From Candidatus Levyibacteriota bacterium (GTDB lineage: Bacteria > Patescibacteriota > Microgenomatia > Levybacterales > UBA12049): 64,000 bases of DNA. Below are positions 36,582-45,215 of this stretch, in pieces. A program made the position numbers and the translations under genes. Under the pieces are notes generated by a model. It made no database searches and was not told the DNA's origin. It saw nothing but the letters and a program-made list of their open reading frames with translations. The DNA lies in assembly GCA_016432345.1 (NCBI GenBank), contig CP066685.1:496236-560235 (forward strand), written 5' to 3'. The stretch's first letter is position 1; each line of letters opens with the position of its first letter.

Positions 36582-37660
36582 GGTTTGGGGTACTGTCCGC
36601 TATAGATTGGAGTCTTCTTGTTCCTTCCTTAATTCTTGTTATTTTTAGCTTGGCAACTCTTTTTTCTATTAGCGTCTCTTATTTTTTAAGCCAGCTTTTT
36701 TACGTTTTGCTTTCTCTGGTTGTTTTTATTATTTTTTCTCAAGTTCATTATAAAGCAATACATTTGTATAGTTTACCCATTTATATTTTTTCTCTTCTTG
36801 CATTTTTGTTTGTTTTGTTTATCGGATTTGAAAGCAGGGGCGCTGTGAGGTGGATAGATATTTTGGGATTTCGTCTCCAGTTTTCCGAAATTCTAAAACC
36901 GTTTCTTATTGTATCGTTTGCTTCTTTTTTGGCAGATAGAAAAAATGCCTCTTTTTATTCGTTTATTTTAAGTCTTTGTTTTTTGTTTCCTATTGCTCTT
37001 TTTATCTTTCTTCAGCCAGATTTAGGGACAGCCATTGTGTATATATTGGTAGTTTTTGCGACAATACTTGTTTTTGGGTTTAGATTGCGGTTGTTTTTGG
37101 GAATTCTTGGGATATTTATTTTGCTTCTGCCTGTTTTTTGGCAATTTTTGCGTGATTATCAAAGATACAGAATCTTAACATTTTTGCGGCCCGAAGGCGA
37201 TCCGCTTGGTACATCGTATAATGGTATACAGGCGATGATTGCGGTTGGGTCGGGAGCGCTTTTTGGCAAGGGTTTGGGGCAAGGGACTCAATCTATTTTA
37301 CGTTTTTTGCCCGAGCGGCATACAGATTTTATTTTTGCCACAATTTGTGAAAGTTTTGGTTTTATAGGAGGATTAATTGTTATTTTTGTTTTTGCCTTTT
37401 TGCTTTACAGAATTTATATTTTGTATCTAAGCGTTGATGATAGTTTTCGTAAAACTTTCTGTATTGCTGCATTTTTTCTTCTTTTGACGCAGTTTTTTAT
37501 TAATGTTGGTATGAATATAGGGTTAGTGCCAATTGTTGGTATAACACTGCCGTTTGTGTCGTATGGAGGAAGTTCTGTTTTATCAAGTTTTATTCTTCTT
37601 GGCATACTTTCTAGCTTTAGCTATAGGCTTAAAAATAGAGAGACTCTGGAAATTCGCTAG
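36578..37660 (+). CDS. rodA: SEDS-family protein RodA (second FtsW/RodA paralogue)
   Basis: It is polytopic, with FSEILKPFLIVSFA, PERHTDFIFATICESFGF and PFVSYGGSS. Its start overlaps ileS in an ATGA arrangement. Confidence 0.8.
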   Translation: MRFGVLSAIDWSLLVPSLILVIFSLATLFSISVSYFLSQLFYVLLSLVVFIIFSQVHYKAIHLYSLPIYIFSLLAFLFVLFIGFESRGAVRWIDILGFRLQFSEILKPFLIVSFASFLADRKNASFYSFILSLCFLFPIALFIFLQPDLGTAIVYILVVFATILVFGFRLRLFLGILGIFILLLPVFWQFLRDYQRYRILTFLRPEGDPLGTSYNGIQAMIAVGSGALFGKGLGQGTQSILRFLPERHTDFIFATICESFGFIGGLIVIFVFAFLLYRIYILYLSVDDSFRKTFCIAAFFLLLTQFFINVGMNIGLVPIVGITLPFVSYGGSSVLSSFILLGILSSFSYRLKNRETLEIR

Positions 37661-37687
37661 ATAGTTTGTTATAATTATCTTTTGTGT

Positions 37688-38059
37688 ATGAATTACGTTA
37701 TTGTTGAAGCTGGTGGAAAGCAATATAAAGCATCGGTTGGAGATGTTTTAGAAATAGATAGACTTTCCGTCGAAAAAGATAAGGAGATTTCTTTTGATAA
37801 GGTACTTTTTTTGCGAACCGATGGACAGGTTCAAATTGGTAAGCCGACACTTTCTGACGTGCGGGTAAGGGGGAAGGTTTTGGATCACATAAAGGGAGAA
37901 AAAATTAGAGTAAGTAAATATAAAGCCAAAGTTAGACATCGAAGAACAACAGGTTTTCGCGCTGCTCTTACCAAAGTGCAAATAGTAGGAATTGACTTTT
38001 TAGGCAGTACGAAAACAGAAGAGAAGAAGAAAATAAAGGGAGATGTTCTGATATCTTGA
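37688..38059 (+). CDS. rplU: 50S ribosomal protein L21
   Basis: MNYVIVEAGGKQYKASVGDVLEID is the canonical L21 N-terminus. The ATG at 37688 is preferred over the TTG at 37682. A Lys-rich C-terminal extension of about 25 aa is present. Confidence 0.92.
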   Translation: MNYVIVEAGGKQYKASVGDVLEIDRLSVEKDKEISFDKVLFLRTDGQVQIGKPTLSDVRVRGKVLDHIKGEKIRVSKYKAKVRHRRTTGFRAALTKVQIVGIDFLGSTKTEEKKKIKGDVLIS

Positions 38060-38064
38060 CTTCT

Positions 38065-38099
38065 GTGAAAATTATGATTAAAATATAAATAATTTTCAC
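38065..38099 (+). other. Perfect 10-bp inverted repeat (hairpin, 15-nt loop) in the rplU-rpmA spacer
   Basis: GTGAAAATTA at 38065-38074 pairs with TAATTTTCAC at 38090-38099. A third AATTTTTCAC copy follows at about 38114. Confidence 0.6.
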
Positions 38100-38144
38100 A
38101 AAGAATAATTTTTAATTTTTCACTTTAACTTTTAATTTATTTTT

Positions 38145-38396
38145 ATGGCGCATACAAAAGCACAAGGGTCAGTAAAAGGAAATCGAGATTCAATTGCGAA
38201 GCGCTTGGGCGTTAAGCTTTTTGGCGGGGAAAAAACTAAACCTGGCAGTATTCTTATCCGTCAAAAAGGATCAAAATTTTTTCCAGGCAATGGAGTTTCT
38301 ATGGGAAAAGACTTTACTCTTTTTGCGACTATTGTTGGCTTAGTAAACTTTAAGACACTTCGAGGAAAAAAAATTGTGGAGGTACAGCACGCATAA
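38145..38396 (+). CDS. rpmA: 50S ribosomal protein L27
   Basis: The N-terminus is [24 protein letters not shown]. There is no N-terminal propeptide. Confidence 0.95.
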   Translation: MAHTKAQGSVKGNRDSIAKRLGVKLFGGEKTKPGSILIRQKGSKFFPGNGVSMGKDFTLFATIVGLVNFKTLRGKKIVEVQHA

Positions 38397-38407
38397 CATT
38401 TTTAGGT

Positions 38408-39250
38408 ATGGAAAATCAAGAAAGAATATTTGAACTAGAAGTATCACTGCTCCAGCCAAATCCTCTTCAACCGCGAGGCATTATTACCACAGAATCAATT
38501 TCGGAGCTTGTTGAGTCAATAAAAGAGCAGGGAATTTTAGAACCATTAGTGGTGGCAAAAACACCGGCTGGATATCAAATTATTGCTGGAGAGCGTAGAT
38601 TTAGAGCTGCCAGATTGGCAGGTTTTGCAAAAGTACCAGTTGTGGTGAAAGAAACCACTCCTCAAGGCATGCTGGAAATGTCTATTGTGGAAAATGTTCA
38701 GCGAGAAGACCTAAACCCAATTGAGAGAGCGCTTGCTTACAAACGGCTCATTGACGAATTTGGTCTTGGCACCAATGAGGTTGCAAAACGGGTTGGAAAA
38801 AGCGCTCCCACAGTATCTAATACCATTAGACTTTTGTCCCTGCCTGATGCCATAAAAGATGCGCTTGTGGCAGGTGTTATCACCGAAGGACATGTTAGAC
38901 CTCTTATTTCTCTGGGCGATATCAAGCTAATGCTTGAGCTTTTTAAAAAAATCCTCAAAGAAAACAGCACTGTTCGTCAGACAGAAGAACTGGCACGGCA
39001 AGTAAGAGGAGAAGTGCAAAAAAACGTGGGCGGCCGAACAGAAAAAGATAAGTTATGGATTCCAGAACTTGATGAAATAGCAAAAAAGCTAGAAAAAACA
39101 CTTGGGTTTGATACAGTCAGTGTTTTTCAATCCCGAAGCCAAGCCCGTGTTACTTTTGTGATTAGAGGAGATGTTGATATTACAACACCTAAGATTAAAT
39201 ACTTAAAAGAGCTGCTTACAAAAGAAGATGCAACACTGCAGCAAAACTAA
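38408..39250 (+). CDS. parB: ParB/Spo0J-family partition protein (no adjacent parA)
   Basis: It has the ParB box GERRFRAARLAG and the HTH segment NEVAKRVGKSAPTVSNTIRLLSLP. Confidence 0.88.
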   Translation: MENQERIFELEVSLLQPNPLQPRGIITTESISELVESIKEQGILEPLVVAKTPAGYQIIAGERRFRAARLAGFAKVPVVVKETTPQGMLEMSIVENVQREDLNPIERALAYKRLIDEFGLGTNEVAKRVGKSAPTVSNTIRLLSLPDAIKDALVAGVITEGHVRPLISLGDIKLMLELFKKILKENSTVRQTEELARQVRGEVQKNVGGRTEKDKLWIPELDEIAKKLEKTLGFDTVSVFQSRSQARVTFVIRGDVDITTPKIKYLKELLTKEDATLQQN

Positions 39251-39251
39251 T

Positions 39252-39824
39252 TTATTTAAAAGGGTTTTTAACAAGCCTCATTTGATTAACAGGCAAGTAA
39301 ACAAAAACCGATTTTCCAATTATTTCATTTTCTTTTATAAATCCCCATTCGCGGGAATCAGAGCTTGCTGGTCGGTTGTCGCCCAAAACAAGGTATGAAT
39401 TATTAGACACTGTAACTGGAATACCTTCTTTCATAAAAGCGCCGCCGTATGTTTTAACTTCGGGTGATAAATATGCGCTCTCATCGAGTTTTTGGTTATT
39501 TACATACACATTGCCATCTTTTATTTCAATCGAGTCCCCTGCAGTGCCAATAATTCTTTTTATGTAATCTTTTTTAAATTCCTCATTTTCTTGATTTGGC
39601 GCTTGAAACACGATCACATCTCCTCTTTTTATTTTTTCGATACGTAAAGAAATAATGCTGGTTAGGACGTACTCTTTATCTACGAAAGTTGGGTGCATAG
39701 AAGATCCGCTTACCTGGTATGGCCGAAAAAAGAAAATATAGGTGATAAGAAAAAGAACACCCGCAATAATAATGGTTTGGGCAATATCAAGCAGGTACGA
39801 GAAAATTTTTTGAATAATTATCAT
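39252..39824 (-). CDS. lepB: Signal peptidase I
   Basis: S26 motifs SGSSMHPTF and GDNRPASSDSREWG are present. The ATG at 39824 is preferred because the upstream TTG of the ORF track is itself the TTGACA of a promoter (TTGACA-17-GAGAAT-7-ATG). Confidence 0.88.
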   Translation of the reverse strand: MIIIQKIFSYLLDIAQTIIIAGVLFLITYIFFFRPYQVSGSSMHPTFVDKEYVLTSIISLRIEKIKRGDVIVFQAPNQENEEFKKDYIKRIIGTAGDSIEIKDGNVYVNNQKLDESAYLSPEVKTYGGAFMKEGIPVTVSNNSYLVLGDNRPASSDSREWGFIKENEIIGKSVFVYLPVNQMRLVKNPFK

Positions 39825-39887
39825 ATAATTTATTCTCGCAGAAGCTATTTGCTTTGTCAATTAGAGGTAAAGTATAATAAGTGAAAT

Positions 39888-39959
39888 GGACCTGTGGTTC
39901 AGTGGTAGAGCGTTCGCTTCACATGCGAAAGGCCGATGGTTCGAATCCATCCAGGTCCA
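39888..39959 (+). tRNA. tRNA-Val (anticodon CAC)
   Basis: Manual cloverleaf: acceptor GGACCTG/CAGGTCC, D arm GTTC/GAGC, anticodon stem TTCGC/GCGAA with loop TTCACAT, and T arm GATGG-TTCGAAT-CCATC. CCA is not encoded. Confidence 0.93.
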
Positions 39960-40662
39960 CAGATTGAGATAATCTAATCCATGTTTCTGCAGTTGCCGCG
40001 ATATCTTTCCAGCGTTTTCCTAAAAGGGCGCCGACATGGCTTACTCCTTTGAATTTAAAATAGTCCGCATTATAGTATTTTGCAATTTCTAGACTAACTT
40101 TTGGTGTTATATCAACGTCTGCTCCGCCAGAAATAACTAATACTCTTGCTTTAATTTTTTCTTTGTTTATTGATAATCCGCTTCGTAGTTGTTTAATTAC
40201 TTTTCCAGATTCATCCCGCCACTGCGGGTGAGCCCATAAAATTGTTTTTTTCGTTGCCTCGGGCATGCAGTCAGTGGTATCTTGTAATGTGGATTCTGTG
40301 CTCCATTTTATAACATCCGGCACATGTGTAGATTTTTTAATTGGCCAAGGTGGAGCGCTGTTTACCAATACAATTTTAGCAACATCTTCGACTTCTCCAA
40401 TTTTTTGGGCCAGCCAGCCGCCCATGCTTGCGCCTATCACAATTGGTTTTTGTTTGATTGTCGCAACTATTTTTTGTAGCTGTTTGACATAGTCAAAAAT
40501 ACTAACATCCTTGAGGGGTTTTTTGTTTCCGTTGAGTGTTGGCGCATAGCATCTATATTCGTGTGACTCAAAATATATTTTCCAGTATTCCCATTCCCAT
40601 CCGCCGCCGCCTGCGCCGTGGATAAAAATAATTGGCGGTTTTTTGTTTATTTTTCTTTCCAT
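39919..40662 (-). CDS. Alpha/beta-fold hydrolase, last gene of the TPP-riboswitch operon
   Basis: It has IFIHGAGGGGWEW and the nucleophile elbow GASMGGW. Its start overlaps the permease stop by 16 nt. Its 3' 41 nt are antisense to tRNA-Val. Confidence 0.7.
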   Translation of the reverse strand: MERKINKKPPIIFIHGAGGGGWEWEYWKIYFESHEYRCYAPTLNGNKKPLKDVSIFDYVKQLQKIVATIKQKPIVIGASMGGWLAQKIGEVEDVAKIVLVNSAPPWPIKKSTHVPDVIKWSTESTLQDTTDCMPEATKKTILWAHPQWRDESGKVIKQLRSGLSINKEKIKARVLVISGGADVDITPKVSLEIAKYYNADYFKFKGVSHVGALLGKRWKDIAATAETWIRLSQSVDLDGFEPSAFRM

Positions 40663-41402
40663 GGTAAAAGCATTTTTTCGAGAATACTAACCAAGATAAA
40701 AAGCAGCATGCTCAGTAGCGTTGTTACAAAAATCGTGGCAAAAACAAGTGAAATTGCGTAGGCGTTTGCAGCGGTTTGAATAAAAACACCTAGTCCCTTT
40801 TCTGCGCCAACATATTCCCCAACCATCGCCCCGGTAATGCTGTATGTTACGGCAATTTTAAGCCCTGAAAAAAAAGCCGGGAGAGCGGAGGGGAATTTAA
40901 GTAATCGCATAGTGTCTATATATGATGCGTTCATAGTTTTAAAAAGGTTTATAAATTCTTTATCAATGCGGGAAAATCCATCGGACATAGCAATTGTAAT
41001 TGGAAAGTAACAAAAAAGTGTTACTACAACAACTTTTGACCATATATCAAACCCAAGCCATATTAAAAGAAGGGGCGCAAGAGCAATAATGGGAATAGTT
41101 TGCGATGTTACTAAAATTGGATAGACTGCCCGTTTTACCCATGAAGATGTATCCAGTAAAACCGCAGTTGTTATACCAATAACAATTGCAGTAAAAATAC
41201 CAATAAGCGTTTCTATTAATGTTTGTTGTACGTGGGGAAGGATAATATTCCAGTTTCGAAAAAAAGCTTGCATAATAACAATGGGTGATGGAAGAAGTTG
41301 GTTGCTAATTTGTGACGTTTGCACGAATATTTCCCACACTGTAAAAAGTGTTGTAAAAAGGACAAAGGCAGGACCAAGATTAATGATTGTTTTTAGTTTC
41401 AT
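40647..41402 (-). CDS. ABC transporter permease (ThiX/SsuC/TauC-like)
   Basis: It has 6 TM helices and the binding-protein-dependent permease signature region. Its start overlaps the ATPase stop in an ATGA arrangement. Confidence 0.85.
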   Translation of the reverse strand: MKLKTIINLGPAFVLFTTLFTVWEIFVQTSQISNQLLPSPIVIMQAFFRNWNIILPHVQQTLIETLIGIFTAIVIGITTAVLLDTSSWVKRAVYPILVTSQTIPIIALAPLLLIWLGFDIWSKVVVVTLFCYFPITIAMSDGFSRIDKEFINLFKTMNASYIDTMRLLKFPSALPAFFSGLKIAVTYSITGAMVGEYVGAEKGLGVFIQTAANAYAISLVFATIFVTTLLSMLLFILVSILEKMLLPWKEK

Positions 41403-42160
41403 AGATTAAGAAGTAGCTGTTCAAGTAGTTGTTCGATTTCAACTGTTTTTTTGTCTTTTAGAAACTCGTGTTTTCTTGGTCTTGGAAGGTTAATATTTAC
41501 TTCTTTAATAATTGTTGCGGGACTGCTGCTTAAAACATATATCCTGTCGGAAAGAAGAATAGCTTCTCTTATATCATGAGTTACAAATAAAACGCTTGAT
41601 TTATATGTTTGCCAAACATCTAAAAGCCACATTTGCATAGAAAGTCTAGTTAGCGCATCAAGCGCTCCAAAGGGTTCGTCCATAAGTAGAAACTGATTAT
41701 TAAAAAGTATAGTTCTTAAAAGCGCCACCCGCTGCGCCATGCCTCCAGAAAGTGCATGAGGATAATAGTTGGCATAATCTGAAAGTCCAAATTTTTTAAG
41801 CATGTTACATGCTTCTTGTTTGGCTTTTTTTTCTGAAATGCGTTTTAGAGTTAGCCCCAACATAACGTTTTCCAAAACAGTTTTCCAGGGTAGAAGGAGT
41901 GGTTTTTGCAGCATGTAGCCTGACTTTCCAAGTAGTTTTTGGTTTTTTTGTTTATCTATGTATATTGTTCCAGTGGTTTGTTTTTCAAGGCCCGCAAGGA
42001 TATTAAGAAGTGTTGTTTTGCCGCAGCCGCTTGGTCCAATAATACTTACAAATTCACCATAATTAATGCGCATGGAAATTGAGGAAACGGTGTATGTTAG
42101 GGAACTGTTTAGAGAAAATGTTTTTGATAGATTTTTAACTTCTAGTTTGGGAGTCGTCAT
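41399..42160 (-). CDS. ABC transporter ATP-binding protein (ThiZ/NitT/TauT family)
   Basis: It has Walker A GPSGCGKTT, the signature LSGGMAQRVAL and Walker B FLLMDEPFGALD. The ATG at 42160 (MTTPKLEVKNL) is preferred because the longer ORF overlaps the upstream gene. Confidence 0.9.
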   Translation of the reverse strand: MTTPKLEVKNLSKTFSLNSSLTYTVSSISMRINYGEFVSIIGPSGCGKTTLLNILAGLEKQTTGTIYIDKQKNQKLLGKSGYMLQKPLLLPWKTVLENVMLGLTLKRISEKKAKQEACNMLKKFGLSDYANYYPHALSGGMAQRVALLRTILFNNQFLLMDEPFGALDALTRLSMQMWLLDVWQTYKSSVLFVTHDIREAILLSDRIYVLSSSPATIIKEVNINLPRPRKHEFLKDKKTVEIEQLLEQLLLNL

Positions 42161-42168
42161 GAAGCGCG

Positions 42169-43206
42169 CTACTTGAAAAACTGATTTGTGTATAACTTGG
42201 TAAAATCTAATGTCGTTACTGCCGAGCCTGATGCATCTTTTATTTGGCCTGTACTTAAAATAAACTTTGGAAATTCTGTCCAGGCTTTTTCGTCTTGAAC
42301 TCCCCATGGTTTATCTGGGTCCGTGTAACGAGGACTTAGATATTTTTGGCTTTCGACAACAAATTCTTTGTCATCAAACATTCCTTTTTGCGCAGAGTCA
42401 ATAAGGATTTGCGCCGACTCTTCTGGATTTTGTATAGCAAAATTATATCCTTTGGTGGTTGCTTTGATAAACTTTCTCAAAATCTCTGGCCTTCCTTTTA
42501 TTTGTGTGGGGCCGGAAATAAGGACCGGGGTATAGTAATCGGGAATACCATATTTTATAAGGGAAAATGAAACAAGTTTTACTCCCTGTCGTTTTGCTTG
42601 CACGCCTGTCCAGGCATCAAAAATCCAAACAAAATCAATTTTTTTGGTTTCTAAGGCTTTTATGCCGTCTATATCCAGCATGACTGTTTTAAAATTTCCT
42701 TTTCCATTATTTTTTTTGATCATTTCTGAAATAACTGCATTTTCAAACGGAGCGCCAAACCCGCCATAGATTTTTCCATCAAGATCTTTTGGAGTTTTTA
42801 TGCCAGAGTTTTCTGTTGCGGCAAGAGAGGAGGTGTTATGTCGAATAATTGTGGCAATTGATACCACAGGATTGCCAGAGGCAACAGATGTAACAACGCC
42901 TTCTGTATAACTTACGCCAACATCTGCTTTATTCGTTGAAACTAATATTTCGGATGAAACGTTTCCAGAATAGGGAAGAATTTTAACTTCGATTCCTTCG
43001 TTTTTGTAGTATCCTTTTTTTTGCGCCACATAAATACCTGTGTGGTTGGTATTGGGCGTATAGTCTAGGGCAAGCGTTACTGCTGTCAGTTTGGGCGTTT
43101 CTATTGGCGGTTTTGCAGGTTTTCTATTTTGTAACAAAAATAATCCTACTAGACCAAGAAGAACAATAAATGTTGCAAAAATGTATTTTATAGGTAGTTT
43201 TATCAT
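42169..43206 (-). CDS. NMT1/THI5-like periplasmic substrate-binding protein (ThiY-like)
   Basis: It has an N-terminal anchor and LALDYTPNTNHTGIYVAQKKGYYKNEGIEV, typical of NMT1/ThiY binding proteins. The ATG at 43206 is preferred because the ATG at 43221 lies inside the riboswitch. Confidence 0.8.
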   Translation of the reverse strand: MIKLPIKYIFATFIVLLGLVGLFLLQNRKPAKPPIETPKLTAVTLALDYTPNTNHTGIYVAQKKGYYKNEGIEVKILPYSGNVSSEILVSTNKADVGVSYTEGVVTSVASGNPVVSIATIIRHNTSSLAATENSGIKTPKDLDGKIYGGFGAPFENAVISEMIKKNNGKGNFKTVMLDIDGIKALETKKIDFVWIFDAWTGVQAKRQGVKLVSFSLIKYGIPDYYTPVLISGPTQIKGRPEILRKFIKATTKGYNFAIQNPEESAQILIDSAQKGMFDDKEFVVESQKYLSPRYTDPDKPWGVQDEKAWTEFPKFILSTGQIKDASGSAVTTLDFTKLYTNQFFK

Positions 43207-43292
43207 TTCCTTCGTCGGCATTACCCGAACAGGTTCAAAGGGTCGTCGCCTTAAGCAACCTCTCAGCCCATCTATTGAGCTCCCCTATTTAT
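43207..43292 (-). promoter_or_regulatory. TPP (THI-box) riboswitch
   Basis: The minus strand reads ...AUAGGGGAGCUCAAUAGAUGGGCUGAGAGGUUGCUUAAGGCGACGACCCUUUGAACCUGUUCGGGUAAUGCCGACGAAGGAAAUG. The conserved CUGAGA, ACCCUUUGAACCUG and GGUAAUGCC..CG.AGG blocks are all present. Its 3' end contains the SD/start codon. Confidence 0.85.
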
Positions 43293-43298
43293 GTGATT

Positions 43299-43327
43299 AT
43301 AATAAAACATGTTGATTTGTTTGTCAA
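43299..43327 (-). promoter_or_regulatory. Promoter of the riboswitch operon (TTGACA-17 nt-TATTAT)
   Basis: On the minus strand, TTGACA lies at 43327-43322 and overlaps the TPK stop codon. TATTAT lies at 43304-43299, just upstream of the aptamer. Confidence 0.55.
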
Positions 43328-43965
43328 CTCCGATTTAAAATGTGGACAAAAAGCAATTGTCCTTCCCCCATATCTACAGATACTTCTTTTTGGGTGAATA
43401 TATTACTGATGCCGCGTGATTTGCCAAAAAAAAGCGATTCGTTTTTCAAAGAGTATTTTAGATTTATTGTTGTAATATGAGAAACTTCTTTACTAAGCGG
43501 AATAAGGGAAAGCAGGTCATTTATGTCTCCTTTTATTTGTACCAGCTTTGGACCCTTTTCTACCCAGGCAATAATTGCGCCGTGAATGTACCTAACGGGT
43601 ATATTGGTACCAGCAAGAAGTGAAATGTTTGCTAAAATATGATCTATTCGATTACCCTCGATACCGCCAATAATGTCTATTTCTGTGGCATTATTGTCAA
43701 TTGCGTATTGTATGGCAAGTTCGGTGTCTGCTTCGTTTTTGGTTGCGGGATAAGTAACAAAAACAGTCCCCCTTTTTTTTAGCAAATCGCGTGTTTTTGT
43801 ATCTATAGAATCCATATCGCCAATAACAGCTTCGGGTATATAATTCCATTCCAAAGCGGTTTTGGCGCCAGAGTCGGCGGCGATTATTTTGTCGGCTATC
43901 TTTAGTGATTGGGTAATAATTTTTCCTTTTTCTATCCTACCGCCGGTAAAAATAACGTAGCGCAT
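43324..43965 (-). CDS. thiN: Thiamine pyrophosphokinase
   Basis: MRYVIFTGGRI...IIAADSGA...VIGDMDSI and the C-terminal thiamine-binding beta domain match TPK. The ATG at 43965 is preferred over the TTG at 44004. Confidence 0.82.
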   Translation of the reverse strand: MRYVIFTGGRIEKGKIITQSLKIADKIIAADSGAKTALEWNYIPEAVIGDMDSIDTKTRDLLKKRGTVFVTYPATKNEADTELAIQYAIDNNATEIDIIGGIEGNRIDHILANISLLAGTNIPVRYIHGAIIAWVEKGPKLVQIKGDINDLLSLIPLSKEVSHITTINLKYSLKNESLFFGKSRGISNIFTQKEVSVDMGEGQLLFVHILNRS

Positions 43966-44061
43966 AGAATGTATTCTACAAAAAAAATGAAGCAGTGTAT
44001 ACAACCTATAGTTTGCTTTTAGTTGGAAGAGATGGTATACTTTTGTACTTAATCATAAAAT

Positions 44062-45190
44062 ATGAGAGCAAGACAAGAATTAGAGACAAGACTAAATTTA
44101 GAAAAAAGGGATAATTCTGTTGAACAATATTTAAATGAGATAGGTAGGTATAGTTTGTTGTCTCGCGAAGAAGAGATAGGGTTTGGTAAAAAAGCGGATA
44201 GAGGGAGATATGCTTCAGCGCTACTTGGATATATATCAGGAGAAGAAATTGTTTGTAAGGGGTCATCGCCTGTTGCTCTTGATTTACTAAATGAATTTAG
44301 ACTTTGGCCATATGCCGAACTTGTTTTTGAGGATAAGAAACCAGAGCAAGAAATGAAGTTAGATAGAAGGTTGGCAAGGTCGGTGATAGGAATAAAAGTT
44401 TTAGATGAAGATGCTTTTGTTGATCGGCTTAGGGATTTGCAAGGTTGTTTACAAGAATATGTTTTAGATGGAGTTGAAGCAGAAAAAGAAATGATAAATG
44501 GAAATCTCCGTTTGGTTGTTTCGGTGGCCAAAAAATATATCGGCAGAGGGGTATCTTTTTTGGATATGATTCAAGATGGAAATGAAGGTTTAATAAAAGG
44601 GAGTAAAAAAATATCAATGGGAAAAAGGGTATAAGCTTTCTACATATTTAACACCTTGGATAATCCAGGGAGTAACACGGGCAATTGCCAATTACGGACA
44701 AATAGTTAGAGTTCCTGTGCAGGTGCATGATGACGCAAAAAAAGTCGCTTTTGTAGAAGGAAAACTTATGCAGGAAGGACTTGGACAAGAACCGACAGCA
44801 GAACAAATTGCCGCTGATCCAGCAGCAAAATTAAGCGTGGAAGCAATAAGAAGAGTTATGTTTGTTCGAACAACTATTGGTAGGATTTTAAGTCTTGATG
44901 AGCCGTCAGAATCAGATGGATATGAAGGAACAAAATTAAGTGATTTTGTACAGTCGGAGGACCCTGCGGTTGAAGATGAGGCGCTTAGAAATGTGCAAGG
45001 AGGAGAGGCAAAAAAAATTTTAGGGACTTTTACACCCAACGAGGAAAAAATCTTAAATTTATTATTTGGGTTGAAAGATGGGGTACCAAGAAGAGAATTG
45101 GATGTTGCAGAAATATTGGGTATTACACAACAGCGAGTTAGTGCTGTTAGAGCTAAAGTCCTGAAAAGATTAAGAGATAGTTTAAGGTAA
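44062..45190 (+). CDS. rpoD: RNA polymerase sigma-70 factor (RpoD/SigA-like), interrupted by a 1-nt frameshift
   Basis: Frame 1 (44062-44634) encodes regions 1.2 to 2.2 (NLRLVVSVAKKY, FLDMIQDGNEGLIKG) and then terminates. The +1 frame, open from 44597, continues with VKKYQWEKGYKLSTYLTPWIIQGVTRAIANYGQIVRVPVQV (regions 2.3-2.4) and regions 3-4 up to 45190. The junction lies at AAAAGGGAGTAAAAAAA (44595-44611). Confidence 0.85.
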
Positions 45191-45215
45191 TAAAAATAGT
45201 TTTTGAAGCGATGAT

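Noticed and set aside
44049-44531. 160-aa ORF on the minus strand
   Set aside because: It is antisense to the N-terminal half of the sigma-70 gene and has no motifs.
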